From assembly GCA_963664395.2 (NCBI GenBank), contig OY761159.2, forward strand, positions 2,944,001-3,008,000: a stretch of DNA of 64,000 nt. Direction: 5' to 3'. The notes under the pieces are model-generated. The model did no database searches. It saw only the letters and a list, made by a program, of their open reading frames with translations, and was not told the DNA's origin. A program made the position numbers and the translations under genes. This DNA is from Candidatus Binatia bacterium. GTDB lineage: Bacteria > Desulfobacterota > Binatia > Bin18. Below are positions 19,818 through 28,106 of this stretch, piece after piece (position 1 is the first letter of the stretch; each line of letters starts with the position of its first letter).

Positions 19818-20141
19818 CTATTGCTCTGGCTTGCTTTCGAGGCCGGTTTCCAAGAGACCACGTTCATGAATGCGGGTGAGTAACTCACCGACATGTTCTT
19901 CAATCTGTTCCCCTTTTGCGTCGGCAAATTGCTCACCCAGCATATCGATAATATCGGAGACGCTTCGTTTGCCGTCACATAGTTTGAGCACTTCGGCCGC
20001 GGTTTGATTGAGCATCAGGGCTGCTTCCGGGAAGATCAGCATGTATTGCTTGTCCACTTTATCCCAGCGCAGCCGCGCTTTTGAGGCAAGACGCGGCTTC
20101 CAGTTTGCCAATGTGTCTAATGTGTCTCGTGCCGTCGCCAT
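19818..20141 (-). CDS. pqqD: PQQ peptide chaperone
   Basis: LIFPEAALMLNQTAAEVLKLCDG; located between pqqC and pqqE. Confidence 0.93.
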   Translation of the reverse strand: MATARDTLDTLANWKPRLASKARLRWDKVDKQYMLIFPEAALMLNQTAAEVLKLCDGKRSVSDIIDMLGEQFADAKGEQIEEHVGELLTRIHERGLLETGLESKPEQ

Positions 20142-20169
20142 GCCAACAGTTCCCTTTTATTCAACCTGC

Positions 20170-20928
20170 CTACTCTTCCCAGAACGGTGGTTTCAGGCCG
20201 GGGCTGACGTGCGCATAGTGCATCGCATCAAGCAGACTCCATAAAATATGGCACTTGGTCCGGAGTGCGGCCAGGGCCTGCTCTTGGTGCTCGCGGGTCG
20301 GACAGTTTGTCATCACATACTCGAGGCCGTACTCGACATCGCGCGGGGCTTGCTCGAGCCGGGCGCGAAAATATTCGAGTCCCCGTTTTTCAACCCAAGG
20401 ATAGTGCTCATCAAAGGCCGGCAGCCGTCGGGCCATGAGCGCTGGGGCAAACAGCTCAGTCAGCGAAGACGCGACCGCTTCCATTAAAGAATGATTCTGG
20501 ACGTAGGTGAGATAGGCATCAACCGCAAACCGAACCCCAGGCAACACATAGCGAAAACGAATCATGTCTTCCCGTGAGAGCCCGGCAGCCTCGCCGAGGA
20601 CGAGCCACTTCTCAATACCGCCCGGATCATCGCCCCGGCCGTCATGATCGAGTATACGTTGTATCCATGAACGCCGGACGGCCGGATCGTTGACGCGGGC
20701 CATAATGGCCGCGTCTTTTCTCGGGATCATGCACTGATAGTAAAAACGATTTTCAATCCAGGCTTGGAGCTGACGCGGGGTGAGCCTGCCGGCGTGCATC
20801 AGCCCATGAAAAGGATGTTTGTCATGATAGCCGGCTGCTCCGATTGCCCGCAGCCGTCGGGTGAATTCTTCGGCGCTGAAGACCGCATTATCTGCCCTAT
20901 CCACTTGCCGGTCCGTATTCAGACTCAT
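20170..20928 (-). CDS. pqqC: Pyrroloquinoline-quinone synthase
   Basis: YHDKHPFH, NRFYYQ..IP.KD, RILDHDG, VRFAVDAY, SSLTELFAP. Confidence 0.97.
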   Translation of the reverse strand: MSLNTDRQVDRADNAVFSAEEFTRRLRAIGAAGYHDKHPFHGLMHAGRLTPRQLQAWIENRFYYQCMIPRKDAAIMARVNDPAVRRSWIQRILDHDGRGDDPGGIEKWLVLGEAAGLSREDMIRFRYVLPGVRFAVDAYLTYVQNHSLMEAVASSLTELFAPALMARRLPAFDEHYPWVEKRGLEYFRARLEQAPRDVEYGLEYVMTNCPTREHQEQALAALRTKCHILWSLLDAMHYAHVSPGLKPPFWEE

Positions 20929-20957
20929 ACCTTGACCCCACCTCGCTCGCCCGGCGT

Positions 20958-21878
20958 TTATACTTGAAAATCCATACCATCGAAGGCGATTTCCCAGCCT
21001 GCTTCTTCGGCTTGCCGTCGTTCGGGAGCATCCTCAATAACAAGCGGGTTGGTGTTATTCAAATGGGTGTAGACTTTCCGTACGCTGCTGAGATCGGCGA
21101 GTCTTTCCAGACTGCCCTCTGGCCCGGTAATTGGAACATGGCCCATTGAGAACGAGGTTTTCTGTGCCAGACCAACACCGATCATTTCATCGTCTGTCCA
21201 ACAGGTGCCATCAATGAAGAAGACGTCACACCCGCTGAGCCAATTTTTGACGCTATCGTCAACCTGCCGCACCCCAGGGAGATAGACGAGAGAACGTCCG
21301 GTTTGCGCGTCTGTGAATTTATAGCCGATGGACGCTTCACTCCAGTCATCGACTTTGCCCAAAAGGTAGGCTGGCGCGCGGCCCGGCACGCTGAAGGCTT
21401 CATAGCGAATGCCGCTGGGCTGCTCATCCACACCTATCAAATCCTGCTGGCCCGACAGTGCGACCGTTTTCCAGGTGCAGCGCGGGGGGCCGCAGACTGT
21501 TTGAAAGACCGAGTTGGTTTCCATAATCCAGCCGCGGACCTGCTGGGTCGAATACAGATACAGCGGTTGGGATTCTCTGAGGGTCAGCAGGCCGGCAATA
21601 TGGTCCACTTCGGCGTTGGTCAACAGGACTGCTTGAATGGGGGTATGGCGCGGAACGTCCTGGGGCGACAAGCCGTCAAACGCTGCGATTTGTTGGCGAA
21701 TATCCGGGCCGGCATTGACGAGATACCAGCGCCGATTGTCGGCGCTGATGGCAAGAGCTGACTGGGCGCGGGCTTTGGCGTTCAGGGTTCCGGCTCGCAG
21801 ACCTCGACAATGATCGCAGTTGCAGTTCCATTGCGGAAACCCACCGCCCGCGCCTGAGCCCAGTACCCGAATTCGCAC
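20958..21878 (-). CDS. pqqB: PQQ biosynthesis protein B
   Basis: VLGSGAGGGFPQWNCNC, MGH, HLNNTNP. GTG start after AGGAGG. Confidence 0.96.
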   Translation of the reverse strand: MRIRVLGSGAGGGFPQWNCNCDHCRGLRAGTLNAKARAQSALAISADNRRWYLVNAGPDIRQQIAAFDGLSPQDVPRHTPIQAVLLTNAEVDHIAGLLTLRESQPLYLYSTQQVRGWIMETNSVFQTVCGPPRCTWKTVALSGQQDLIGVDEQPSGIRYEAFSVPGRAPAYLLGKVDDWSEASIGYKFTDAQTGRSLVYLPGVRQVDDSVKNWLSGCDVFFIDGTCWTDDEMIGVGLAQKTSFSMGHVPITGPEGSLERLADLSSVRKVYTHLNNTNPLVIEDAPERRQAEEAGWEIAFDGMDFQV

Positions 21879-21966
21879 CCCGTCCTCCTGACTCTCTTGT
21901 CTGTAACCAGGTGGGATCTGCCACAATCGGCAAAGATACCCCTAAAGATGCCCTGCCTGATAAGAA

Positions 21967-21999
21967 AACGGGCTTCTCCATTTTCGGGAGAAGCCCGTT
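21967..21999 (-). terminator. Hairpin between pqqA and pqqB
   Basis: AACGGGCTTCTCC-loop-GGAGAAGCCCGTT with a T-rich tail on the minus strand. Confidence 0.7.
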
Positions 22000-22022
22000 C
22001 AGAGCAATCCTGTATAAGGAGA

Positions 22023-22100
22023 TTACTCGGAGACGAGAATGTACATGCTGACCTCGGCGTCCATTCTCACTTCGATAAATTCAGGTTTTTCCCACGTCAT
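22023..22100 (-). CDS. pqqA: PQQ precursor peptide (25 aa; not in ORF track)
   Basis: MTWEKPEFIEVRMDAEVSMYILVSE with W-x-K-P and E-x3-Y motif. AAGGAGGT RBS; upstream of pqqB. Confidence 0.95.
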   Translation of the reverse strand: MTWEKPEFIEVRMDAEVSMYILVSE

Positions 22101-22338
22101 GAGACTTACCTCCTTGTTTGCTTTGGGGCACCCTATCGCACCACAGTGAGCTTGTCCAGGTGCGATTTGCTCACGAGAGCAAGCTCGGTCGATAGGATAG
22201 TCCTGCTTCAGTTCCTAAGAATATGCAGAGATTTTACATTTTTGCAAGAAGCACAGGAAATTTCCTACCGATTCGGATATGGAGTGGCTTTTAAGGGCCC
22301 TTCTTGCTAACGGGGGTAAATCGAGAGTTGCATAGAAG

Positions 22339-22680
22339 ATGAATATTCAAATTTTTGGCCTGAAAAAATGTTCTGAGACCCGCAAGGCCCAACGCTTTTT
22401 CAAAGAGCGCCGGATTCCTGTTCATTTTATTGATCTCAGCCAAAAGGAAATGGCAAAGGGCGAATTACGCTCGGTGGCGGCGCGGGTCCCGTTGAAGGAC
22501 TTAATCGACACGACCGGTAAGCGCTTTATTGAAAAGGGACTGACGCATGCCTCGCTGAACGCCGCCCGGATCGAAAGCCTGCTCCTTGAAGATTCGCTCC
22601 TCATTCGGACACCCATTGTCCGCAACGGTAAAGCAGCAACGGTCGGGCATTGTCCCGAGGTCTGGAAAACGTGGTCCTAG
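22339..22680 (+). CDS. ArsC/Spx family protein
   Basis: IQIFGLKKCSETRKAQRFFKER...LIRTPIVRNG. Confidence 0.85.
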   Translation: MNIQIFGLKKCSETRKAQRFFKERRIPVHFIDLSQKEMAKGELRSVAARVPLKDLIDTTGKRFIEKGLTHASLNAARIESLLLEDSLLIRTPIVRNGKAATVGHCPEVWKTWS

Positions 22681-22746
22681 CCGGACCGAGCGGAGCAGGG
22701 CAAAAACTGGGGCTCGGGCCCGAGCCCCTCTCAATAGGCCAGTCTC

Positions 22747-23517
22747 TTACGCTAACGGCTCCGGCGCGTGTTTGATCTGCTGCCACTGGGTCAGGTCGTG
22801 GCCGTAGATAATCGTGGAGCCCTGCTTGTCGCGAAGATCGCGTAGTGTGTCAAGAGATCGGTGCATTTCATCCGTATCATAGGCAATCGACGGCAACATG
22901 TTCTCATCCATATTGCGTTTGGTGTAGCAGGCATCCCCTGTCACCACGATGTCCGTGCCTTTTGTGATCCGAAGGCGCATGGACTGATGACCTGGGGTAT
23001 GGCCATGGGTTGGGAAAAGGACCAGCGTCCCATCGCCGAAGATATCCATCTCGCCGTCTACGGGCTGGTAGTTGAGTTTGTGATCGTAGTCCTGGGGGTC
23101 AAAAAAGGCTTTTTCTCTGAGTGCAGGATCTTTTGACGCCTCAAGCTCGTTTTTCTGGACGAGAAATGTTGATTGAGGAAAAAACTCATTCCCGCCCGCA
23201 TGATCAAAGTGGAAGTGCGAGTTGACCACATACGTAATGTCAGCCGGGGTGAGCTTGAATTGAGCCAACTGGCTGACAATTTCTTCGCCTGGCTTGGCTC
23301 GGGGAACAAACGTATCAGCAATGTCGCCAAGACGGCCTTTCGCATCGTCTATGCATGAGCAGTGGACGCCGGTATCAAAGACCACGTTCCCTTTGGGGTG
23401 CGTAATCAAATAGCTCGGCACCGGAATAGTGATCTGCTCTCCCTGTTTGTCTTGCGGAAAAAACAGTCGGCTATCGAATTCAAGAAATCCGACCGGCATG
23501 GAAAAAATTTGCAACAT
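22747..23517 (-). CDS. Metallo-beta-lactamase fold hydrolase, N-acyl homoserine lactonase (AiiA)-like
   Basis: SHFHFDHAGG, GHTPGHQS, GDACY, GHD. Confidence 0.88.
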   Translation of the reverse strand: MLQIFSMPVGFLEFDSRLFFPQDKQGEQITIPVPSYLITHPKGNVVFDTGVHCSCIDDAKGRLGDIADTFVPRAKPGEEIVSQLAQFKLTPADITYVVNSHFHFDHAGGNEFFPQSTFLVQKNELEASKDPALREKAFFDPQDYDHKLNYQPVDGEMDIFGDGTLVLFPTHGHTPGHQSMRLRITKGTDIVVTGDACYTKRNMDENMLPSIAYDTDEMHRSLDTLRDLRDKQGSTIIYGHDLTQWQQIKHAPEPLA

Positions 23518-23713
23518 ACAACCCTCCTCTTTCGCTTTTACGAGCGAGATATAGCGTAGATATGCGGACCACAATGTCAGGTATTGGATAAGAGGTCCAG
23601 CCTGATTTGTCTGCTGCTCGAAGTGCATTAGTCAGGCCCGCAGGCAAGCAACTCAAGCCCAGTCACTCAAGAGCGTCTGATCACAGGAACCAAGGCCACC
23701 AAGAGTAGGGCGC

Positions 23714-23745
23714 AAAAACGGCGGGCATAGCGGCCCGCCGTTTTT
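23714..23745. terminator. Intrinsic terminator (A-tract and T-tract flanks)
   Basis: AAAAACGGCGGGC-loop-GCCCGCCGTTTTT. Confidence 0.85.
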
Positions 23746-23770
23746 AACTTTTTAGCTGGAAAAACGAAGC

Positions 23771-24151
23771 CTATAAACTGCGCTTCCCCCGACGAAGATT
23801 TCGCCGACTGCCCTTTGGTTTTGCGCCGCCCTTTGGGCCCGCCCAAGGTCGTTCAAAAGAACGCTCGCCACCGCCACCCGGAGAGGGTGAGGCCCGTCGA
23901 GGAGGACGATCCTCTGCTTTGTTTACCCGGATACTTCTTCCTCCGAGTTCGTACCCGTCAAAGCGCTCTACCGCGGCAGGAATGGACGCAGGGTCGGTGA
24001 ATTCGACAAAGGCGAATCCGCGGGGCCGGCCGGTTTCCCTGTCAGACGGGAGAAAAACCTCGACGAGTTCGCCCACTTCAGAAAAAAGAGTGTTCAACTC
24101 GCCTTGGGTGGTGTCAAAGTTCAAATTCCCAACAAAAACCTTGTTTCCGAT
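23771..24151 (-). CDS. RRM RNA-binding protein (probable ATC start)
   Basis: RNP2 KVFVGNL, RNP1 RGFAFVEF, basic Gly-rich tail. Confidence 0.9.
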   Translation of the reverse strand: MGNKVFVGNLNFDTTQGELNTLFSEVGELVEVFLPSDRETGRPRGFAFVEFTDPASIPAAVERFDGYELGGRSIRVNKAEDRPPRRASPSPGGGGERSFERPWAGPKGGAKPKGSRRNLRRGKRSL

Positions 24152-24398
24152 GATGACCTCCTCTCGGGTCAGTCCACACCGGTTTGAGTCGATGTGGAAT
24201 ACCTACGGCCTGTTACGGCCAGGTTGGAATGCCATGATCCCTCAATGACAAACTGGTGCAATAAAGCTGGCAGTATGACGCGAAATGCGAAAATGTACAA
24301 CCCTATGGAAGCGTCCGGGAGGAGGGCACCGGCAATCAGCGCGCCTTGCCGGTGCGGGGCTTTCTTTCGACTTGAAAGATACGCATGGGAGGAAGGGG

Positions 24399-25658
24399 TT
24401 ACGATGATGGCAGACGTATGGGAAATGTCTCCACATAAGCCCGAAACGCCAGGGTGAACAGTGCGAAGAAACCAACCAGAACACCCAATTCAATCCACCC
24501 CAGTGGAAGCCAGTGTTCATGCCAGATGGAGGGGACGACGAGGATGTAGCGCTCGAGCCACATGCCGACGAGGATAATGGTACTGATGCAGGCCAGAGCA
24601 GCCGGGTCACGCTTGACCCATTGCAGGAGAAGAATGGGGAAAGGGAGGAGAAAGTTGAAGAGCAGGACAATAAAGCTTACCTGTGTCCACGGCTCATCAA
24701 ACAATCGGACGACGAGAAAACCGGTCTCCTCCGGGAGATTGCCATACCAAATCGGTAAGTACTGACACCAGAACAGATACGTCCATAGGACACAAAAGCC
24801 AAAGAGAAGCTTGCCGAGGTCGTGGGCGCGTTCAGGAGAAAAAAGAGCTGAATTCGATGAATTCGATGAACTTGATGAACTTGATGAACTTATGGATGAG
24901 CGCATCAGCGCGGCAAGAATGGCTAGCAGGCTGAGTCCCGCGTACATATTCCCGATACAAAAATAGGCTCCGAATAATGTACTGAGCCAGTACGGCTCAA
25001 GCGACATCACCAGATCAAAGGCAAAAAGGCTGAATACAATCGCATAGAGCAAAATAAAAATGGGCGAGAGGACCGTCAGCTGCCGCTTCCCGCCTTCCGT
25101 ATCCGCTGCTTTCTCTTGGGAAACAAACAAGGCAAAAACGCCGGGCAGAGCGCCGGCTGCATACCGTGCCGCCAGGCTTCCGCTTGCCTGGAGTGAAGCC
25201 CGCAGCAGAGCGAACCCGCAGCCGTAGAGGACAACGAGACCAAAGAGGTTGCGGAGAATCAGGAAGGGCTTGTTCAGCCAGGCTTGTTTAGCCGGAACTG
25301 GGTCAAGTATCCACGAGAAGAGTTGCTCGCTGCCAAGAAAGAGAACAATAAAAAGAAAAAAGGAAAACGGCAGAAAAGCGGCAAGCGCCTCAGCAAGCTG
25401 CCGTACCGGCCCGGCCCACTGCGCTTTTGTGACCTGAAGAATGGCTGAAAAAGTCAGTCCGCTGAGCGCCAGCCCTGACCAGAAAAGCCAGTTGACAAGA
25501 TATGCCTGCCACGCCCGCTGGGAGTTCTCTCCGGCAACGCCAATGAGAAAAGTGAGCATGCCAACCCCAGCCAGGACCCATAGGCCAAGGGTGAAGGGGC
25601 CGGCGCGCTCAGCTGGAGGTACGCTCCGGGAAACTACGGGTTGGGCCTCAGCACTCAT
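24399..25658 (-). CDS. actF: Alternative complex III membrane subunit ActF
   Basis: FDLVMSLEPYWLSTLFG, HDLGKLLFGFCVLWTYLFWCQYLPIWYGNLPEE. Confidence 0.88.
   Translation of the reverse strand: MSAEAQPVVSRSVPPAERAGPFTLGLWVLAGVGMLTFLIGVAGENSQRAWQAYLVNWLFWSGLALSGLTFSAILQVTKAQWAGPVRQLAEALAAFLPFSFFLFIVLFLGSEQLFSWILDPVPAKQAWLNKPFLILRNLFGLVVLYGCGFALLRASLQASGSLAARYAAGALPGVFALFVSQEKAADTEGGKRQLTVLSPIFILLYAIVFSLFAFDLVMSLEPYWLSTLFGAYFCIGNMYAGLSLLAILAALMRSSISSSSSSSSSNSSNSALFSPERAHDLGKLLFGFCVLWTYLFWCQYLPIWYGNLPEETGFLVVRLFDEPWTQVSFIVLLFNFLLPFPILLLQWVKRDPAALACISTIILVGMWLERYILVVPSIWHEHWLPLGWIELGVLVGFFALFTLAFRAYVETFPIRLPSS
24849..24892. repeat. 9-bp tandem repeat (about 5 copies) encoding a poly-Ser loop in ActF
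   Basis: TGAATTCGA x2, TGAACTTGA x2, TGAACTTA. Confidence 0.8.
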
Positions 25659-26224
25659 TATGGCTGACTCTGCTGCAATTGCTGTTGGAGGTGGCGTACG
25701 TAATTCACAATGTCCCACCGCTCTGTGGTTGAAAGCGCGTGCTGATAGGCCGGCATCACCAATCCGCCGCTGCGGATGGTGGCATACAGATACCCGTCTT
25801 TTTGGTTTCTGATTCGCTCCGCATGAAGGTCCGAAGAGGGAACGACCTTGCCAACCATCTGGCCGTCGCCTCTGCCCTGCTCGCCATGACACAGCTCACA
25901 GTAAATCCGAAATAATACTTCCCCGTTCTGGATGGACTGAGGTGTGAATTCAACTGGATTACGGACGCGCAGGCCGGCCTTCATGCGCTCGGTAATGCGC
26001 GACGACATGGGCGGTTCAATGCCCGTTGTGGGAACGCTATTGGCCACGGGTGGCCGGGCGGCTGTTCCGGCCTTGAGTTCGGGCGGCCAATACATGTCGT
26101 CATTCCACGGCAGGGCATGGACAACGGCAACGCACAAGAGTCCCAGACCCAGAGAGAGACCGACGAGATGCCAGACCCGGCCACGGATGCCCGTGTTGGC
26201 GCGATGCCTACACACCTTGGCCAT
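25658..26224 (-). CDS. actE: Monoheme cytochrome c, ActE
   Basis: YCELCHG, MPAY...ERWDIVNYVR; position in the act operon. Confidence 0.85.
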   Translation of the reverse strand: MAKVCRHRANTGIRGRVWHLVGLSLGLGLLCVAVVHALPWNDDMYWPPELKAGTAARPPVANSVPTTGIEPPMSSRITERMKAGLRVRNPVEFTPQSIQNGEVLFRIYCELCHGEQGRGDGQMVGKVVPSSDLHAERIRNQKDGYLYATIRSGGLVMPAYQHALSTTERWDIVNYVRHLQQQLQQSQP

Positions 26225-28091
26225 AGACCTCCTCTGCGCCACCGGCGGTAATCGACCGCCGAATAGCCGTTGTCTGCTCGGCGGTACACGGGACGAGCAG
26301 TCCAAAGCGATCCTCTGAAAAACGCGGGTCGTGCGTGATGACAACCGAACGCGACGGCAGCCGGGCGTTGATGAGCAGCCCAATCACAGTGGCAATGGCC
26401 CCAAAGAGAATAGTCAGCTCAAAGGCGATAATGGCAAAGGCAGGTAAAGCCACAATGGGCTTGGCACTCGTTTGGAGCGGCCAGTCCAAGGCCGTATAGG
26501 TGGGTAAGGCGAAGCCGATAGCACAACCCAGCAGACCGCCAATCAACGTAAAATAGCGAATCGGACTTTTGCGTGTGCCGAGGGCCTCTTCAAGCGCCTG
26601 ACTGGGAAACGGGGAGACGACGCTGAGGTTTTTATAGCCCTCTCTCCGGAGAGAGCGGACTGTGGCGACGAGCTTGTCCGGATTCGTAAAGACGCCAACT
26701 ATGCCTGCTCCGCGGCCGGCACGAGCCGCTTCGCTGACGGGTAAGAGGGGCCGCTCGGATTCGTCTGCTTCAACTGCTGACGAACCGCTATCCGCAGACG
26801 GCAGGTGCTCTTTGACTTCGGCCAACGACACGAGCGGTAGAAACTTCACGAAGAGCAGGAAGAATAAAAAGAACCAGGCAAAACTGCCGAGCGTTATGCC
26901 CACTTCAACCCATGAAGGCTGATACAGACCCCAGGCAGCAGGATCAAACTCATGCGACAATGAACTCACAATAATGACAAAGCGCTCAAGCCACATGCCG
27001 ACATTGACTAGCAGTGCAATACCGAACAACCACAGCGTATTGGTGCGGATCGACTTCCACCACAGCAACATGGGGATGGCACAGTTGCAGGTGACCATCA
27101 GCCAAAACAGCGGGGCATAGTCGCCGGCCGCGCGATACCAGAAGACGCTCCGCTCGTACGGATTGGCACTATACCAGGCAATAAAAAATTCGCTGGCGTA
27201 GGAATAGGTCAGAATCAGCGAGGTGAGAATAATCATTTTGCCCAGATTGTCGAAGTGATAGGCGGTGATATAGGCTTCGAGGCCAAAAATCCTGCGGAGC
27301 GGAATGAGCAAGGTCAGGACCATAGCCAGGCCGGAGAAAATTGCGCCGGCGACAAAATAGGGCGCAAAGATGGTGCTATGCCAGCCTGGTACGATGGACA
27401 TGGCAAAATCCCATGACACCACGCTATGCACAGACACCACGAGCGGTGTCGCCAGCGCCGCAAGAAAACCATAGGCGCTCAGATAGTGATGCCACTGCCG
27501 GTCCGTGCCCTGCCAGCCAAGTGAGAAGAGGCCGTACAGCTTTTTACGCAGACCCGCGGTGCGGTCGCGGGCCGCCCCTAGGTCAGGGACCAGACCGATA
27601 TACCAGAACATAAAACTCACCACGAAATAGGTTGTGATCGCAAACGCATCCCAGACCAGGGGTGACTGGAAATTGACCCAGAGCTGACGTTGGTTGGGAT
27701 AGGGCAGCAGCCAATAAAAATTCCACGCCCGGCCAATATGGATAATGGGAAACAGGCCGGCAGTCATCACGGCAAAAATCGTCATGGCTTCAGCGCTGCG
27801 GGCAATGGGGGTACGCCAGCCGGCCCGAAATAAAAACAGCACCGCCGAGATCAGCGTGCCCGAGTGGGCAATACCGACCCAGAACACAAAATTGGTGATA
27901 TACACGCCCCAGCCGACCGGGTGAGCCAGCCCGGTCACGCCCAGTCCGGCGTGGATCTGATAGCCCCAGCAATACATACCAAAAGCCAGCACCACCAGGT
28001 CGCAGCCGAGCAGGGCATACCAGATACGCGTGGGCGAGCTGAGCAGGTTTTTGAGCAGGTCGCGATTGACCTGGAGATAGCTGGTCTGCAT
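26208..28091 (-). CDS. actC: ActC (NrfD/PsrC family) fused to ActD (DUF3341)
   Basis: ITNFVFWVGIAHSGTLISA, SVHSVVSWDF, then a linker and the ActD motifs SPFP, KPIVALPAF, FELTILF, DPRFSEDRF. Confidence 0.9.
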   Translation of the reverse strand: MQTSYLQVNRDLLKNLLSSPTRIWYALLGCDLVVLAFGMYCWGYQIHAGLGVTGLAHPVGWGVYITNFVFWVGIAHSGTLISAVLFLFRAGWRTPIARSAEAMTIFAVMTAGLFPIIHIGRAWNFYWLLPYPNQRQLWVNFQSPLVWDAFAITTYFVVSFMFWYIGLVPDLGAARDRTAGLRKKLYGLFSLGWQGTDRQWHHYLSAYGFLAALATPLVVSVHSVVSWDFAMSIVPGWHSTIFAPYFVAGAIFSGLAMVLTLLIPLRRIFGLEAYITAYHFDNLGKMIILTSLILTYSYASEFFIAWYSANPYERSVFWYRAAGDYAPLFWLMVTCNCAIPMLLWWKSIRTNTLWLFGIALLVNVGMWLERFVIIVSSLSHEFDPAAWGLYQPSWVEVGITLGSFAWFFLFFLLFVKFLPLVSLAEVKEHLPSADSGSSAVEADESERPLLPVSEAARAGRGAGIVGVFTNPDKLVATVRSLRREGYKNLSVVSPFPSQALEEALGTRKSPIRYFTLIGGLLGCAIGFALPTYTALDWPLQTSAKPIVALPAFAIIAFELTILFGAIATVIGLLINARLPSRSVVITHDPRFSEDRFGLLVPCTAEQTTAIRRSITAGGAEEVYGQGV

Positions 28092-28106
28092 GGGATGTTA
28101 TTGAGG

